In this document: positions 36,050 through 51,000 of the stretch, one piece after another | Layout of the letters: each line of letters opens with the position of its first letter | Position numbering within the stretch: the stretch's first letter is position 1 | Source: Eledone cirrhosa | Taxonomy: Eukaryota | Assembly: GCA_964016885.1 (NCBI GenBank) | Contig: OZ024741.1 | Span: 311,612,001-311,676,000, forward strand | DNA length: 64,000 bases | Direction of reading: 5' to 3' | The notes under the pieces: model-generated | Databases searched by the model: none | Told to the model about the DNA's origin: nothing | What the model saw: only the letters and a program-made list of their open reading frames with translations | Translations under genes and position numbers: made by a program

Positions 36050-39000
36050 GTAATAATAATAATGATTTCTTTATTGACCACAAGAGCTGACATCAAGAAA
36101 AATATTACAGACGGTACAGGACGGTACGATGTGGGTTTTGGGCGTGTAAAGATTTTTATTATTTATATAAGAAAAGAAAAAAAGACATAGAAACGTATAT
36201 ATATAAAAAAAAATAAAAATGAAAATTGAAACAATGAAAGGTTTCCCAATAGAGAGGAAAGCTCCGAGGGTCATTTGTGGCGAAAACCACACAAAAGACC
36301 ACGGCAACCCTGACCACCAGGGCAAGCTCCCTCTCTCAATTTTTCCATTTCTCAAACTACAGGCGCATATTCTGAGCGGTCCCGTTCACTCGGACCATTC
36401 TCGCTACATTCACCCACCTTTCAACAAACATGCTAAAAGGCAGCACTTCCCTCTCCACCCTGATTTTCCTCTTCAAGTTAATTAGAGATTCGCCGAACAG
36501 GAAAGTGTGTGTCTTTAACCCTTTCAACCTTGTCCACCACACTATCTCTTCCGCCATGGCACCAGGCAGATGAAAACCGTCTGCCCTTCCTCCTCAAAGG
36601 AAGACGGCGAGACTATCTGCACAATGGACTCAGTCGATAACCGGATTAATCCTACACGCGACAGCAAATGTTCGACATAGCTCCACAAGTCAGCAATGCT
36701 CGGGCACTGAACGAGTGCGTGCACGACGGTTTCGTTGCTCTGCGCGCATCTTGGACAGGCTCGGTTGACCGTACTTCCGTTCCTATAGAGCTTATCTCGA
36801 ACCGGCAACGATCCCCGCGATCTCAGGTCAGGGATTTTGGGAAGTTATCCATAGGCCCTGGGCTGAAAGTTCTCTGGAAGAGAGCAAACAGCTGATCCTC
36901 TTCGACGCCCAGGATCTCTCCGAGAACGTCGTCGCTCTTCTCCTCCACTGGTCCTCTATAGAACGCCCAGGTGGATGTTCCACAGATACTGGTGCCCAGC
37001 TGGCAGAGGGCGATGAGCGCTTGGAGACATTCCAGTTTCCAAGCGCTATCCCTCGGTCATTTCCTGACCCAGGACTGCAGCTCCGTCAAGGAGACGAGCT
37101 GTGGGAAAACGCGCCTGGCGAACGGCGAGCACACCTGTTCACCGTCAAGGAAGCTACAGAGATGTCGAAGCGTCAGCGCATGTTTGCACATCATCAGCGA
37201 TGGCATGCCCAGTCCTGCACGCAACGGGTGTTGACAGCAGATAAATCGTCTGAACATGGGAGCGCGTCCCTTCCACAAAAAGCGGAAGAAGAGGTGATCC
37301 ATTTTGGTGAGAGTTGGACTGGGGCAAGGGACGACGGTGAGGCGGTACCAGATGACAGATGCAATGTACGCATAGGCCACCTCCGCCCGGCCTTTCAGGG
37401 ACAGCTTCCTCTCGGCCAATTTCTGGGTGTGGGAGGCCACCCTGCTCGTCACCTCGCTCCTGTTTGTATCCATCTGGAGGGCTGGTCCGAACAAGACCTC
37501 GAGCAATTTAACCGGTCCGTCCGTCCAACGCCCCACGACGCTGTCGGACGGCATGGACTTGCCTCTCCACGTGCCGAGCTCCAAGCCCACTTATTTTCCT
37601 GGTTTATCTTTTCTTCTGTCACCGCTTCGTATTCCTTGAGAGCAGTGATAAGCATCTGGACGTGTCTGGTGCTCGACACAACCACCTTGACGTCGCCGGC
37701 GTAAGCCGACTCGGAATTCCTGCATCCTAGTTAGTGTAGGACGCTCCCCATCACCCTCAGTTTGTGCAGTAAGGCTCAAGAGACAATACGCACAAGAAGG
37801 GCGGGAGGGGACAACCCTGGTGGACCAAGGCAGTACATCGCAGCGATCCAACCGCTGAAAACGGGCCCGAAACCGGCTGCCTCGAGGTCCGCCGCCAGGT
37901 ACCGATGGTCGACGCTATTGAAGGCTTTGGATTGATCCAAGTTAATCAGGGCTCCACCCGTACCAGGTTTCTTAACCACCCTCTTTACGATGTATCGCAT
38001 GAGGTGGAGGTTGTCGTGTATGGATCTGTCCGGAATGGCGCATGTCTGCGCCTCTCCCACCAGACCCTCGACGACAAGCGCCAAACTCGTTGCTAACACC
38101 TTGGCCAAAATCTTTAACTCTGCGTTTAGCAGAGTTATGGGGCTGAAGTTAACGATAACATCCCCCTTGCTCGGGTCTTTTCTCAGCAGCCCCACCGCTC
38201 CTCGGCTCACAAAACTGGGAATGCTCCCGTTCTGCTGCCAGTTGCAGAAGACGTCTGCCAAGAGATCATCTAACTAGTCTGGCATAAATGCATAAAGCTC
38301 GTAGGGCAGACCATCCAAACCTGGCGATTTACCCATCGCTTCCCGCATTTCACCGACTGTTATTGGCTTTTCGCAACACTGTGCTGCGGTCGTCCACAGC
38401 CGAGGCAGTCCGTCGAGGTATGATTTGATGTTCATACTCCAATCTGGCCTGCCGCGGCCTCCGAACATTTCAGCAAAGTTCCGTTGAAAAGCCTCACACA
38501 TCTGCTCGGGTTCGAGTAACAGGCACCCGTTTTGGTCAGACAAAGACCGAATTGTGGTCTAGTTGCCACGTCGCGCCTCTGCCACCTGGGCCCATTGGAC
38601 AGCTTTCATCCGCTCGTGTTTCAGAGCACGCACTCTAGCTCTGACAAGGCAGCCTTCATCTTTTGCGATGCCTGTCCTAAACACCTCTTCTAGCTTTCTG
38701 ATTAGCTCTCCCTCTACTCTATTATCCTTTGCTAAACCTAATCGACTCTACTTTAATTGCTCTTTTCAGGGCAAACCACCAACTGTTGTTGACGATCGCA
38801 CTCGTCAACGCACGATTAACTAATTCGCTAATCCGGTCTCTGTAAGCTTTGCGCACCGGGAACGACGCGTTCAGCTTCCAGTAGCTGGACCCTTGCCTAT
38901 GAATTCTATCTAAGTCAACTTCACAGATCACAAATTTGTGGTCCGTGTAGTCGACTACTTTAAATTGGGGTCAACCTACACTAGCCTTATCTGTTACTCT

Positions 39001-41550
39001 ACAGAATACCTTATCTAAATACGATCTGGCTGAACCGTTGCGGTATGCCCATGTCCACATTTGCACATTCAGATAATCCAGTCTATACCTGTCAGACAGT
39101 TCAAAACGTCTGAATAGGTTGTTGAGGCTTTTACACCCTACTGCCCTGTCTTCTAGCCTCATCTAATCCCAGTGTGCATCTAAGATACCGTTCCAGTCGC
39201 GGACTAACACTAAAAACCGGGCGCTCCAAGAAAGGTCTCTAGACGCCTGAAGAAATCTGGCCGCCCTTGCCCTGTTGGGGCGTAGACGGCTACTAGCCTG
39301 AAATCATTGCCTTCGCTGCCGGTCACGTCCAGCACCACCGACTTACCTTCTAGGTCCAGGAAGATGGCCCGTATGGCGAGATCCAAGCCACTACTAAAAG
39401 GCACTGCCACCCCTCCCCCCGAAACTGGACGACTAGGAGATGCGTATACATCGTAACCGCCGAAGATCGGTGCGAAAGCTCGTGCTTCGGAGATTCTGGT
39501 GTCGCTGATGGCCACTACATCTATTTTTAGTGACCTGACGTCGTTGTGCTGGTGACCCTGCTTCCATGATGACCCCAGGCCACGTACGTTTATACTGCCT
39601 ATTCTAATTACGGCCATGTTGGATCAGAAACGGGGCAAGAGAGAAAGGGTCACTTACCATAATCGTGTGATGAAGGGACAGTAGAACCGTCTCTTTGGCT
39701 GGTCATGGGTGTCTCCAAAAGGATGTCAGTGTATATCCTCTTGGTAACCGACCCTCTGAAGTCTCCAACTGCGTTGGGGAATTTTTGTTTTCAAAGTTTG
39801 TACTGTTCTATTTTGATTTCAATGATGCTTTTGTTTGTCGGGAGAGTTCTTGGTGTTGGTGGGGTGTAGTAGTTTTTTTATGTGATGCCTGTGTGTTGAT
39901 CTATATGTTGTATGAGTTCTTTATTTGCCAGGTTTATGGCTGTGTACTTTTTTGTGGGAGGGGTGATTTTTTTGCTGTTGGGTGTGGGTGTTTTGTTGTG
40001 TTTGCGATGTTGTTGTTTTTGGTGATGCTAGTGGTGGTGTGGTTGTTGGTGGTGGTGAAGCTTGTGGTGGTGTTGCGCCCAGTCTCCTTGCAGCCTTTAC
40101 CCCTCTTTGTCTGCCTTCACTTTTGGAGGGTGACGATAAGGGGTTTTTCCTACTTTGTTTTTTGTGGAAGATCGTTTGCCTCTTCCCTCCCGCCTCATAC
40201 TCCATGTCAGATTCCGTGCTGTTTGGGAGGGGCATGTGCTCCACTGCTGTTGGTGGTGGTAGTGGAGCCCGCTCCGGCGATTTTGCCGCCGGTATGGCTA
40301 CTGCGATTGTTGGTGTTGCCGCCACTGCTGCGCTGCTTTAGTTGTCCGTGGCCTTAGTATGGGTGCCACGGACGTTGCCCTCCTACTCACCATGGAAGGG
40401 TCGTCTGCCTCTTTTTCCTGCCTTGCTCTTGGTAGTAGAGCATCAGGCGTCGGAAGGAGGGGGCCATCATCTTGGCTATCTTCTGCGGGCAGATGGCCTG
40501 AGGTGAACCTTCTGCCCACAGAGATAGCACTTTGAGCGCCTTCATTCCAAGCTTATAGGGAGTTGGAGCCCTTCTTCGAGGTCTATGATGTGTGGGATGG
40601 CCTCGATGCACTCCAGGTCAGTCTGTATTAGCATTTGCATGCCTATTCCTGACCAGTTCTCTCTTCCCACTCTCTGTATTTGCAGTATGGTGGTCTTCTC
40701 CTTGACTCCAGACAGTACAGTCACGGCCAGCCAAGGTATGGGCACATCGAGCGGGACCTGGATCACTTTGGTCCTCACAATTTTCTGTCCGTATTAGGAG
40801 GGCACCTAGACTATCTCCTCACTCTTTAGGGTTTCTAAAAAGTGAGACTTCGCTTCTTGGGGGTGCCAAAATGTATGTCTACTGTGGCGTACATTTTGCC
40901 TCGGGCGATGTGGGTTTTGCGCGCCCAGACGCACCCCAAGGCCTTTTGGATTTGAGCCTCCGTGGCTCTCTCTACCCAATGTGACATTTTGTTTACGGTG
41001 CGGTAAGTTTCAGGGAATTCTATTTTCGTTTCTCGACATCATGGCTCTTGCGACTGCCATCTCCTCCTCCGTGACTAGCACTGTCTCTATATTTCAGGCC
41101 ACACCTGTGAAAGTAGTGCCCCCTTTTTCAGCGGCACCATTATTGCTGCCGGTACTGCTGCTACTGGTCTTGTTACTGATGCTGTTGCTGTTGCTACTGC
41201 TACAAACGGTGTTGTTGCTGTTGTTGCTGTTATCACTGTTGTAGTCGGCTGTGTTTCTGGTGCCACCGTTGTTGTTGTTTTCGGTGCAATTTGTATTGTT
41301 GCTGTTGGTGTTGTCGTTGTTTACTTTCTTGTTAGTGGTGTCAATATCGTTGTTGCATTTGTTGTCATTTTTTTCTGTTGTCTGTATTTTGGTTGACGCT
41401 GTTACTGTTGTAGTTGGTGTGGTAATTTTTTCAAAATTAGTGTTCTCAGTGTTGTCTTTGTTCACGTTGTTTGTGTTGTGGTGGTGTCACGAACCCTCCT
41501 CTCAACTTTTACGCCGTTGTCAGACGGGGGGGGGACGACTCAGCCATGTT
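36050..41550 (-). mobile_element. Near full-length, decayed Tx1/L1-clade LINE
   Basis: ORF1 (Asn/Thr-rich N-terminus), APE (IGSINVRGLG, VAVYAPTG, SYLDKVF), WKLNAS, KSPGLDGLPYELY, LDQSKAFNSVDHRYL, C-terminal CPRC...ETVVHALVQCP, then AATAAA and an (ATT)n tail. Confidence 0.92.
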
Positions 41551-41827
41551 TTTTTTTTAAAAACAATTTTTTTTAAAAAGTAAGATGTTAAAATATTTGG
41601 GCCAAAAGGCCCAAATATTAGACTTTCGACTTCACAGGGCAAAGTCTAAGGGTTAATATTCCTTATACAACAAAAGATATTTAACAACAAATTATTTTAA
41701 CAGGAAAATAAAGCGACTTGCTGGAAGCGAGCAAAAAGCGTCCCAACAGAGCGATAATAATAGTAATAATAATTGTTTCTACGTTAGGCACAAGGCCAAC
41801 AAATTACCCAGTGCATTACTGGTACTT

Positions 41828-44800
41828 TTAATAATAATAATGATTTCATTTATTAGCCACAAGGGCTGACATGTAGGGGACAATACAAAGACGGATAGTG
41901 GGGGTTTACAATAAGGTCGAGTAAAAGTGCACAATGGCAAGACTAATTTAACAATGAAGATATAAAATATAAAATAAACTATGCATAAATATAACAAAAT
42001 AAATTCTCCGATAGGGGGTGGACATCCCTGGGGTGACTCGGGTACCCCACCAATCCTGAACCACCCTGCACATCTAGGGCACCCAGGGAGAGCACCCCTC
42101 TCCTCAAGTTAGCTAGCCTATAGGCACATGGTCAGAGTAGGCCCAGTCACACGAGCCATTCTCGCCACATTCACCCACCTTTTAGCAAATGTACTGGGGG
42201 CAGCACTTCTCTCTCCACCCTCACCTTCCTTTCCAGGTGAAACTTGAAGAAGTTGATGAGGTATTGGCCGAAGAGAAAAGTGTCTGTCTTCAGTCCTTTT
42301 AACCTGGTCCACCATATAACCTCTTTTGCAATTGCCACCAGACAGAGGAAAATTTCCTGCTCTTCCTGACCTAAGGAAGGCGGTGGGTTGATCTTCACTA
42401 TGGACTCGGCCGATAGTCGGATTCGTTCCACACGCGACAGTAGCTGTTCGACATAACTCCACAAGTCAGTAATGCACGGACATTGCACAAGTGCGTGCAT
42501 AACGGTTTCGTCGTTCTGTGCGCAACTTGGGCAGGTCCGTCTGACAGTATTTCCGTGCCTGTATAGTTTATCCCGAACCGGCAGAGCACCCCCGGTAGCA
42601 CTGCCAAGCGAGGGATTTCTGGAAATTATCCATCGTCACCGGCTCAAACGTCCTCCGGTACAGACTGGTCAGTTCGACTTCGTCGAGGCCAAAAGCTTCT
42701 CAGAGTGCGTCATCGCACTCTCCCACCACTAATCCTCTATAGAACTCGAGAGTGGAAGTTCCACTGATCGCATTGCCCGCTTGGTAGAGGGCAGTGAGTG
42801 CCTGGCAACATGCCAGGTGCCAGTCACCCAGTCTCGGTCTCTACTTGACTCAGGACTGCAGCTCAGTCAAAGAAATGAGCTGCGACACGGCCCGTCTGAT
42901 AAACGGCAACCACACCTGTTCACCGTTGAGGCAGAATATCTGGAGATGCCGCAGCCTCAACGCATGTCTGCGCATCATTAGCCAGGGCATTCCCAGCCCT
43001 CCGTGTAGAGGGTGCTGGCACCAGATGAACCGCCTCACCAACGGAATTTGTCCCCTCCACAAGAATTTGAAGAGGAGCCGTTCGAACTTGACGAGGCGCG
43101 GACGCAGGCAAGGCACGACGGTTAGGCGGTAGCAGATGACGGACGCGATGTACGCATTCGCCACCTCCGCGCGACCTTTCAGTGATAGCTTCCTCCCAGC
43201 CCATTTTTGGGTGAGACTGGCTACTCTGCTCGTTACCTCGTCCCAAGTCTTTTCCACCTGGAGGACTGGTCCGAACCAAACCCCGAGCAATTTTACCGGT
43301 CCGTCCGTCCAGCGCCCCATGACGTTGTTGGACGGCATGGGCTTGCCTCTCCAGTTTCCGATCTGCAAGCCCACCGACTTTTCCGGGTTAAGTTTGGCTC
43401 CTGTCAGCCTTTCATATTCCTTCAATAAGTTACCGACTACCTCGATTTCTGAGGTGTTCGACACCATCACGGCGATGTCGTACGCCTGAGCTGACACCGC
43501 CTTTCCATGTCCCGGTTCGAGCGGGATGCCCTGCAACAGCTCCAGTAAAGGCTCGAGAGTCAATACATACATAAGGGAAGAGAGAGGGAACCCTTGACGG
43601 ACCGATCGGGAGAGCCGAAATGGTTCTAAGAGGTGGTCATTAACCTTGACCACCGAACGTGTGCCGCCTTGCATTGCAGCGATCCAGCTTCTGAAGACAG
43701 GCCCGAATCCAGCTGATCTGAGGACAAACACCAGATACCGATGATCGACCTTACGAATGCTTTCGATTGATTTAAATTGGTCAGTGCCCCACAGAAGCCA
43801 GGTTTACACCCAACCCTCTCTATGATGTATCGCATGAGATGGAGATTGTGGTGTATGGACCTGGCTTCGATTGCGCCTCCCCAACGAAATCCTCGACGAC
43901 AAGCGCCAATCTCTTTGCTAACAGCTTGGCCAAAATCTTAAACTCTGTGTTGAGCAGAGTTATGGGCCTGAAATTGTCTAATGTATCCCTCTTGTTCTCG
44001 TCTTTCCTTTTCAGCATCACCACTCCCCTGCTCACAGAACTGGGAATACTTCCATTCTGCTACCAGTTGCAGTAGAGTGCTTCGAGGAGATCGGAGAACA
44101 AGTCTGGCATATTTACGTAAAGCTCGTAGGGCAGGCCATCCAAACCGGCTGACTTGCAATTTATGCAGCCGACAAGGACGTCCTGAACTCCGGCTGAACT
44201 AATCAGCCTTTCGCACCGCTCAGCGTCGTCCGTTGAGATGCGCGGCAAGCCGTCAAGGTAGGGACTGAAATCCGCTACTCTCTCTGACTCGCCACTCTCC
44301 ACGAACAACCGAGCAAAGTGCTGGCGAAATGGCTCACATATCCGCTTGGAATCGCTTATCTCGTGTCCGTCTCGTTTCGCCAAAGACCGAATTGTGGTTT
44401 TATTACCACGCTGCCCCTCCACCACGCGGGCCGATCGAACAGCTTTGGTTCCCTCGTTTCTCAGCGCACGCGGCTTACCTCTGACAATACAACCTTCATG
44501 TTTCGCATTGAAGAAATGGTCTAATGCCATTCTCGCCGCTAGCACGTCAGTTGCAAAGCCACTACAAATAGCCTCGTCTAACTTATCTACCAGCTTCCCC
44601 TCCTTTCTATTTAGTTCTAACGCTAGTTCTTTGCTGAACTCAATCGAAGTCACTCTAATCTGTATTTTCAGAGCCCCCCCCACCACCACCATCTGTTGTT
44701 GATGTCAACTTTTGCTGAACTAAATTGTTGACTCGGTCTCTGTAAGCCTTACGTGCCGGAAATAACATGTTCAGCTTGCTTCCAGTAACCCGGTCCTAAC

Positions 44801-44880
44801 CTACGCGTTTTATCTCGGTCGACCGTACAGATCACAAATTTGTGAATAGGCTACCGTTTTAAAAAGTGGGCAGCCCACAC
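41828..44880 (-). mobile_element. 5'-truncated Tx1/L1-clade LINE
   Basis: NFRPITLLNTEFKILAK, SVRQGFPLSSLMY, AYDIAV, HALVQCP; same 3' end (cttgtggctAATAAA plus ATT repeats). Confidence 0.9.
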
Positions 44881-44884
44881 TATG

Positions 44885-47800
44885 GTTTCTTTATGGGCCA
44901 CAAGGGCTAACATGAAGAAAAACATTACAGACGGCACAGTGCGATACACGACGATACAAAGTTGGTTTTGGTCGTGTAAAAAACGTTATAACAAGAAGAT
45001 AGATATATAAAAAAATTCCCCAATAGGGTCACTCGTGGCGAAAACCACACAAAAGACCACGGCCACCCTGACCTCTCTCAGTTTTCCACTCCTCGGTCTA
45101 CAGGCGCATACTCAGAGCGGGCTCGTTCACTCGGACCAGACTCGCCACTTTCAACCAGCTTTCAACAAATTTATTTGAAGACAGCACTTGTCTCCCCTTC
45201 CTGATTTTCCCCTTCAAGTGAAATTTTAGAAAAAAAGTTAATCAGAGATTCGCCGAAGAGTAAAGTGTCCGTCTTCAATCCTTTCAACCGTGTCCACCAT
45301 ACAATCTCTTTCGCCATGGACAACCAGGCAAATGAAAACTGCCTGCCCTTCCTCCTCCTTAAATGAGGATGGCGGGGCTATCTGCACAATGCACTCAGTC
45401 TATAACCGGATCCATCCTACACGTTACAGCAAATGTTCAACATGGCTCCACAAGTCAGCAATGCTCGGACACGGAGTGAATGCGTGCACAACTGTTTTGT
45501 CGTTCTGTGCGCATCTCGGACAGATTCGGCTGACGACATTTCCGTGCCTGTAGAGCTTATCTCGAACCGACAACGCTCCCCGGTTGCACTGCCAGGCCAG
45601 CGATTTCTGGATTTGCCTATATACCCCGGGTTGAACGTTCTCTTGAAGAGAGCGAACAGCTGATCGTCATCGACGCGGAGGGTCTCCCCGAGAACGTCGT
45701 CACTCTTCCTCTCCACTAGTCCTCTAAAGAACGCCGAGTTGAATGTTCCACCGATACTAGTGCCCAGCTGGTAGAAGGTTGTGAGCGCTTGGAGACATTC
45801 CAGCTTCCAAGCACTATTCCTCGGACTTTTTATGATCCAGGACTGCAGCTCCGTTAATGAGACGAGCTGGGGAAAAACATGTCTCGCAAACGGTGACCAC
45901 ACCTGTTCACCGTCAAGGAAACACCAGAGATGTCGCAGCCACAGCGCGTTATTGCGCATCATCAGCCCCGGCATGCCCAGCATCATCAGCCTCGGCATGC
46001 CCAGCTCTCCACGCAACGGGTGTTGACAGCAGATGGATCGTCTCAGCATGGGAGCACGTCCCTTCCATAAAAATCAAAAGAGGAGGCACTCCATTTTTGT
46101 CAGATTTGGTCTGGGGCAAGGCACAACGGTTAGGCGGTAGCAGATAACGGATGTGCTGAACGTATTCGCCACCTCTGCCCGAACATTCAGGGACAGCTTC
46201 CTCTCAGCCCATTTTTGGGTTAGAGAGGCCACCCTATTCGTCACCTCGCTCCAGTTTTTCTCCATCTGGAGGTCCGGACCGAACAAGACCCCGAGCAATT
46301 TAACCGATCCTTCCGTCCAGCGCCCCACGTCGCTGTGTGACGACATGGACTTGCCTCTCCAGGTGTCGAGCTGCAAACCACCGACTTTTCCTGGTTTAAC
46401 TTTGCTCCTGTCACTGATTCATATTCCTTGAAAGCGCTGCTGAGCATCTGGACATGTCCGGTCTTTGACACCACAACAGTGACGTAGTCGGTGTAACCCT
46501 ATACTGATCTCCCACATCCCAGTTCGCGTGGGACATCTCTCAACCCCTCCAATTTGTGCAGTAATGGCTCTAGGGCCAATATGTTCAAGAGTGACGAGAT
46601 TGGGACAGCCCTGACGGACCCAGCGCATGATGCTGAACGGCTGTGACAGATGACGGTTCACCTTCACAACTGAGGAGATGTCGCAGTGCATCGCAGCGAT
46701 GCAACATCTTGAAATGGGCCCGAAACCGCCCACCCCGAGGACCGCCGCCAGGTACCGATGGTCGACCCTATCAAATGCCTTAGATTGATCTATGTTAAAC
46801 ATGTCCACACCCGTGTCAGGCTTTTATAACCACCCTCTCTATGGTGTATCGCATGAGGTGGAGGTTGTCGTGGATGGATCTGTCTGGAATGTCGCATGTC
46901 TGCGCCTCTCCTACCACAGTACCGACGACAAGCGCCAATCTCCTTGCTAACACCTTGGCCAACATTTTGAAGTCTGTGTTTAACCGACATATAGGCCTGA
47001 AGTTGTCTATAACGTCTCCTTTGTTCGGTTCTTTTCTCAAAAGTGCCAACGCTCCCCGGATCACAAAACTTGGAATGCTCCTGTTCTGCTGCCAGTTGCA
47101 GTAGACGTCTGCCAAGAGGTCACCGAACAAGTCTGGCATGTACGCATAAAGCTCGAAGGGCAGACCATCCAAACCTGGCGTTTTACCCCTCGTGCAGTCA
47201 GACATAGCTTACCGTATTTCACTATTATCGGCTTCCTGTAATTCGCTGTTATCGGCTTTTCGCAATACTGCACTGCGGACGTCGAGAACTGCGGCAGTCC
47301 CTCGAGGTATGCACTGAAGTTCATGCTCCGATCTGGCTCAACCCGCTCCCAAACAGTTGAGCAAAGTACTGCTGAAAAGCCTCACACATCTGCTCCGGTT
47401 CGAGTAACATGTGCCCATTTTGGTCAGGAAAGGATTGAATTGTGGCTTTGTTGCCACGTCGTGCCTCCACCACCCGAGCCTATTGGACAGCTTTTGTCCC
47501 CTCTTGTCTCAGAGCACTTCTATGCCTGTAGAGTTTATCCCGAAGTGACATGGATCCTCGGTAGCACTGCCAGGCCGGGGATTTCTGGAAGTTATCCATG
47601 GGCCCCGGCCCGAAAGTTTTCCCGAAGATATTTGGTAGCTGGTTTTCGTCGACGCCTAGAGTCGCCCCAAGAACGTCGTTGCTCTTTCCATCCAATAATC
47701 CTCTATAGAACGCCAAGATGGAGTTTCGAGCGATTGTATTGCTCGACTGGTAGAGGGCTGTAAGCGCCTGGTGACATTCCACCCTCCAAGCGTTTCCTCT

Positions 47801-48030
47801 CGCTCTTCGCTGGACCCAGGACTGCAGCTCTGCCGAGGAGACAAGCTGGGGAAAGACGCGTCTAGCAAACGGCGACCACACCTGATAACCGTCGAGGAAG
47901 AGGTGGAGTTGTCGTAGCCTGAGCACATGTCGGCGAATCGTCATCCACGGCAAGCCCAGCTCTCCACATAGCGGGTGTTGACAGAAGATGGACAGCCTAA
48001 CCATCGGGTACGTCCCTTCCACAAAAAGCG
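44885..48030 (-). mobile_element. 5'-truncated Tx1/L1-clade LINE plus an extra internal fragment (47520-48030)
   Basis: GKTPGLDGLPFELY, DQSKAFDRVDHRYL, WVRQGCP; the family 3' end lies at about 44890. Confidence 0.88.
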
Positions 48031-48039
48031 AATGAGTAA

Positions 48040-51000
48040 ACCACAAGGGTTGACACAAAGTATAACATTAAGCACAACACAGGACTATACAGGACGGTAC
48101 AAATGGGCATTTCTGCGTGGAAAAAAACAAAAAAAAGTGGATGTAACAAAAAAGAAAGGAAAAATTCCCCAATAGGAGGGAGACTTCCGAGAGACATTCG
48201 TGGAGAAAGCCCATTAAAAATGCCAAGGTGACTTTGACCACCAGGGCAAGTGCCCTATCACAGTTTTCCACCTTCAATTTACAGGCGCATACTCAGTGTA
48301 GGCCCATTCACTCGGGCCATGCTTGCCTCTCTCACCCATCTTTCAACAAAATGCTGGGAAGAGAGCACTTCCCTCTCTACACTGATTTTCCTTTTCAAAT
48401 GAAATTTGAAAAAGTTATTCAGGGCATCAACGAAGAGGTAAGTGCTCGTCTTCAGCCCTTTCAAACGCGTCCACAACATTATCTATTTCGCCATGGCCAC
48501 CAGACAGATAAAAACGGCCTGCCCCTTTCCGGCTAAAGGAAGACGGCGGGGCAATCCTCACGATGGACTCAGCTGATAGCCGTTTCCGTCCTATACGCGA
48601 CTGCAGGTGTTCGACATAAACCCGCATGTCAGCAATTCTCGGACACTGGACGGGTGCATGCAGGACGGTTTCGTCACCCTGCGCGCATCTCGGGCAGGCT
48701 AAGTTAACGGCACTTCCGTGCCTGTAGATTTTATCCAGAACTAGAAAAGCTCCTCGGTAGCACTGCAAAACCATGGATTTCTGGAAGTTGTCCATAAGGC
48801 CTGGCCCGAAAGTTCTCCCGAAGAGATTGGCTAGTTTAATTTCATCGAGGCCTAGAATGTTCCCAAGAACGTCGTCACTCTTCCGCTCCACTAATTCTCT
48901 ATATAACGACAAGGTGGTGTTTCCACTGATCGCATTGCCCGATTGGTCGAGGGCTGTGAACGCTTGTACCGAACCAGACCCCAAACAATTTAACCGGTAG
49001 GGCCGTCCAGCGCCCGAAGACAGTGTAGGACGGCATGGACCTGCTGTCCAGGTGCCGTGCTGCAGGCCCCCCGTCATTTCCTGGTTGATCATTACGCCTG
49101 TCACCGCCTCGTATTCTCTTAGTGTAGTGCCGATCGCCTCGACGTGTTTGGGTTTCGACATCACTACAGTGACATCGTCCGCATTGCTGACACGGATCTT
49201 CCGCACCCTAGTTCGCGCGGGAGCCCCTCAACGTCTGCGGTTTGTGCAGTAATAGCTCGAGAGTCAATACGTACAACAGGGACGAGAGGGGACATCCTGG
49301 GCCGACCGAGCGCATGATGTTGAAGGTTGCACTCTCACACAGAGTAGATGTCACTGTGCATCGCAGCAATCCAACCTCTGAAGACGGGCCCCAAACCAGC
49401 TGTCCTCAGGACTGCCGCCAGATAACGATGGTCGACCCTATCGAAAGTTTTCGACTGATCTAAATTGAGTAAGGAACCACCCGTTCCAGGTTCCCTAACA
49501 ACCCACTCCACGATGTATCGCATTAAGTGGAGGTTGTCGTGGAGGGATCTGTCTTGAATGGCGCATGTCTGCGCCTCTCCTACCAGACCACCAACGACAA
49601 GCGCCAACGTCTTTGTTAGCACCTTGGCCAAGATATTGAACTCTGTGTTTAGCAGAGTTATGGGCCTGAAATTATCTATGTTATCCTCCTGTTCGGATCC
49701 TTTCTCAGCAGTACCACCGCTCCTCGGCTCACGGGGCTGGGAATTCTCCCGTTCTGTTGCCAGATGCAGTAGACATCTGCCAAGAGGTCTCGGAACAAGT
49801 CTGGCATGTGTACGTAAAGTAAGTAGGGCAGACCATCCAAACAAGGCGAATTACCCCTTGTGCAGCCAAAGACCGAATCGTGGTTTTGTTGCCACGACGC
49901 ACCTCCGCCACACGGGCCGATCGAACGGATTTCGTCCCCTCGTCTCTGAGAACACGCACCCTAGCTCTGACAACGAAGTCTTCGTGCTTTGCATTGACAA
50001 ATTCCTCGAGGGCAAATTTCGTCGCAAGCACGTCGGTTGCGATGCCTCGTCTGATTATGTAACAAGTTCTCCCTCTGCTTTTTTTTCTATTGCTAACGCC
50101 TTACTAAACCTAATGTACTCTATTCTAATCGCTCTTTTCAGGGAAAACCACCAGTTGTTGTTGACGCCCGCTTAACTAATTCGCTAATCCGATGTTATTC
50201 CTTGCGCGCTTTTAACGACGCGTTTAGCTTCCAGTAGCCGGGTCCCTCTCTATGAAGCCTATCTAAGTCAACCACACAGATCGCGAATTTGTTGTCCGTG
50301 TAGTCGACTATCTTGAATTGTGGACAGCCTATGTTAGACCTATCTATTCCCTTACAAAATACCCTATCTAGATATGATCTGGATGACGCGATGGCGTTTG
50401 TCCATGTCCACACTGGCACATTCGTGAAATCTAGTCGGTACCTGTCAGACAGTTCAAAACATCTGAGGTTTGCGACGCTTTTACTCCTTCCTTTCCTATC
50501 CGCTTCTCCCACACAGTCCCAGCGTACATCTATGTTCCCGTTCCACTCACCCACTAACACTATAGAGCGGGACCTTCCAAGAAAGGTCTCCAGACGCCGG
50601 AAGACATCAGGCCACCCTGCCCCTGTCGGGGCATAGGCGGCCACTAGTCTGAAAGCTTGCCCTTCTCCACTGGTCACGTCCAGCACCACCGTCTTACCTT
50701 CTAGGTGCAGGAAGTTAGCGCGTATGACGAGATCCAAGCTCCTACGAAAACACACAACAACTCCTTCCCCGGTCCTGGACGGCTTGGTGTGCATATACAG
50801 CGTAGCCGCCGAAGATCGGTGCGAAGGCTTGTGCTTCGGAGATTCTGATCTCGCTGATGGCCATCACACCTATGTTTAGTGACCTGAAGTCGTTGAGCAA
50901 GTTGTGTTTCCATGACGACCCCAGGCCAGGCGCATTTATGCTGCCTATTCTGAGTAAGGTCAAGAAGTGGAAAAGATGGGAAAGACCACTTACCTCACTT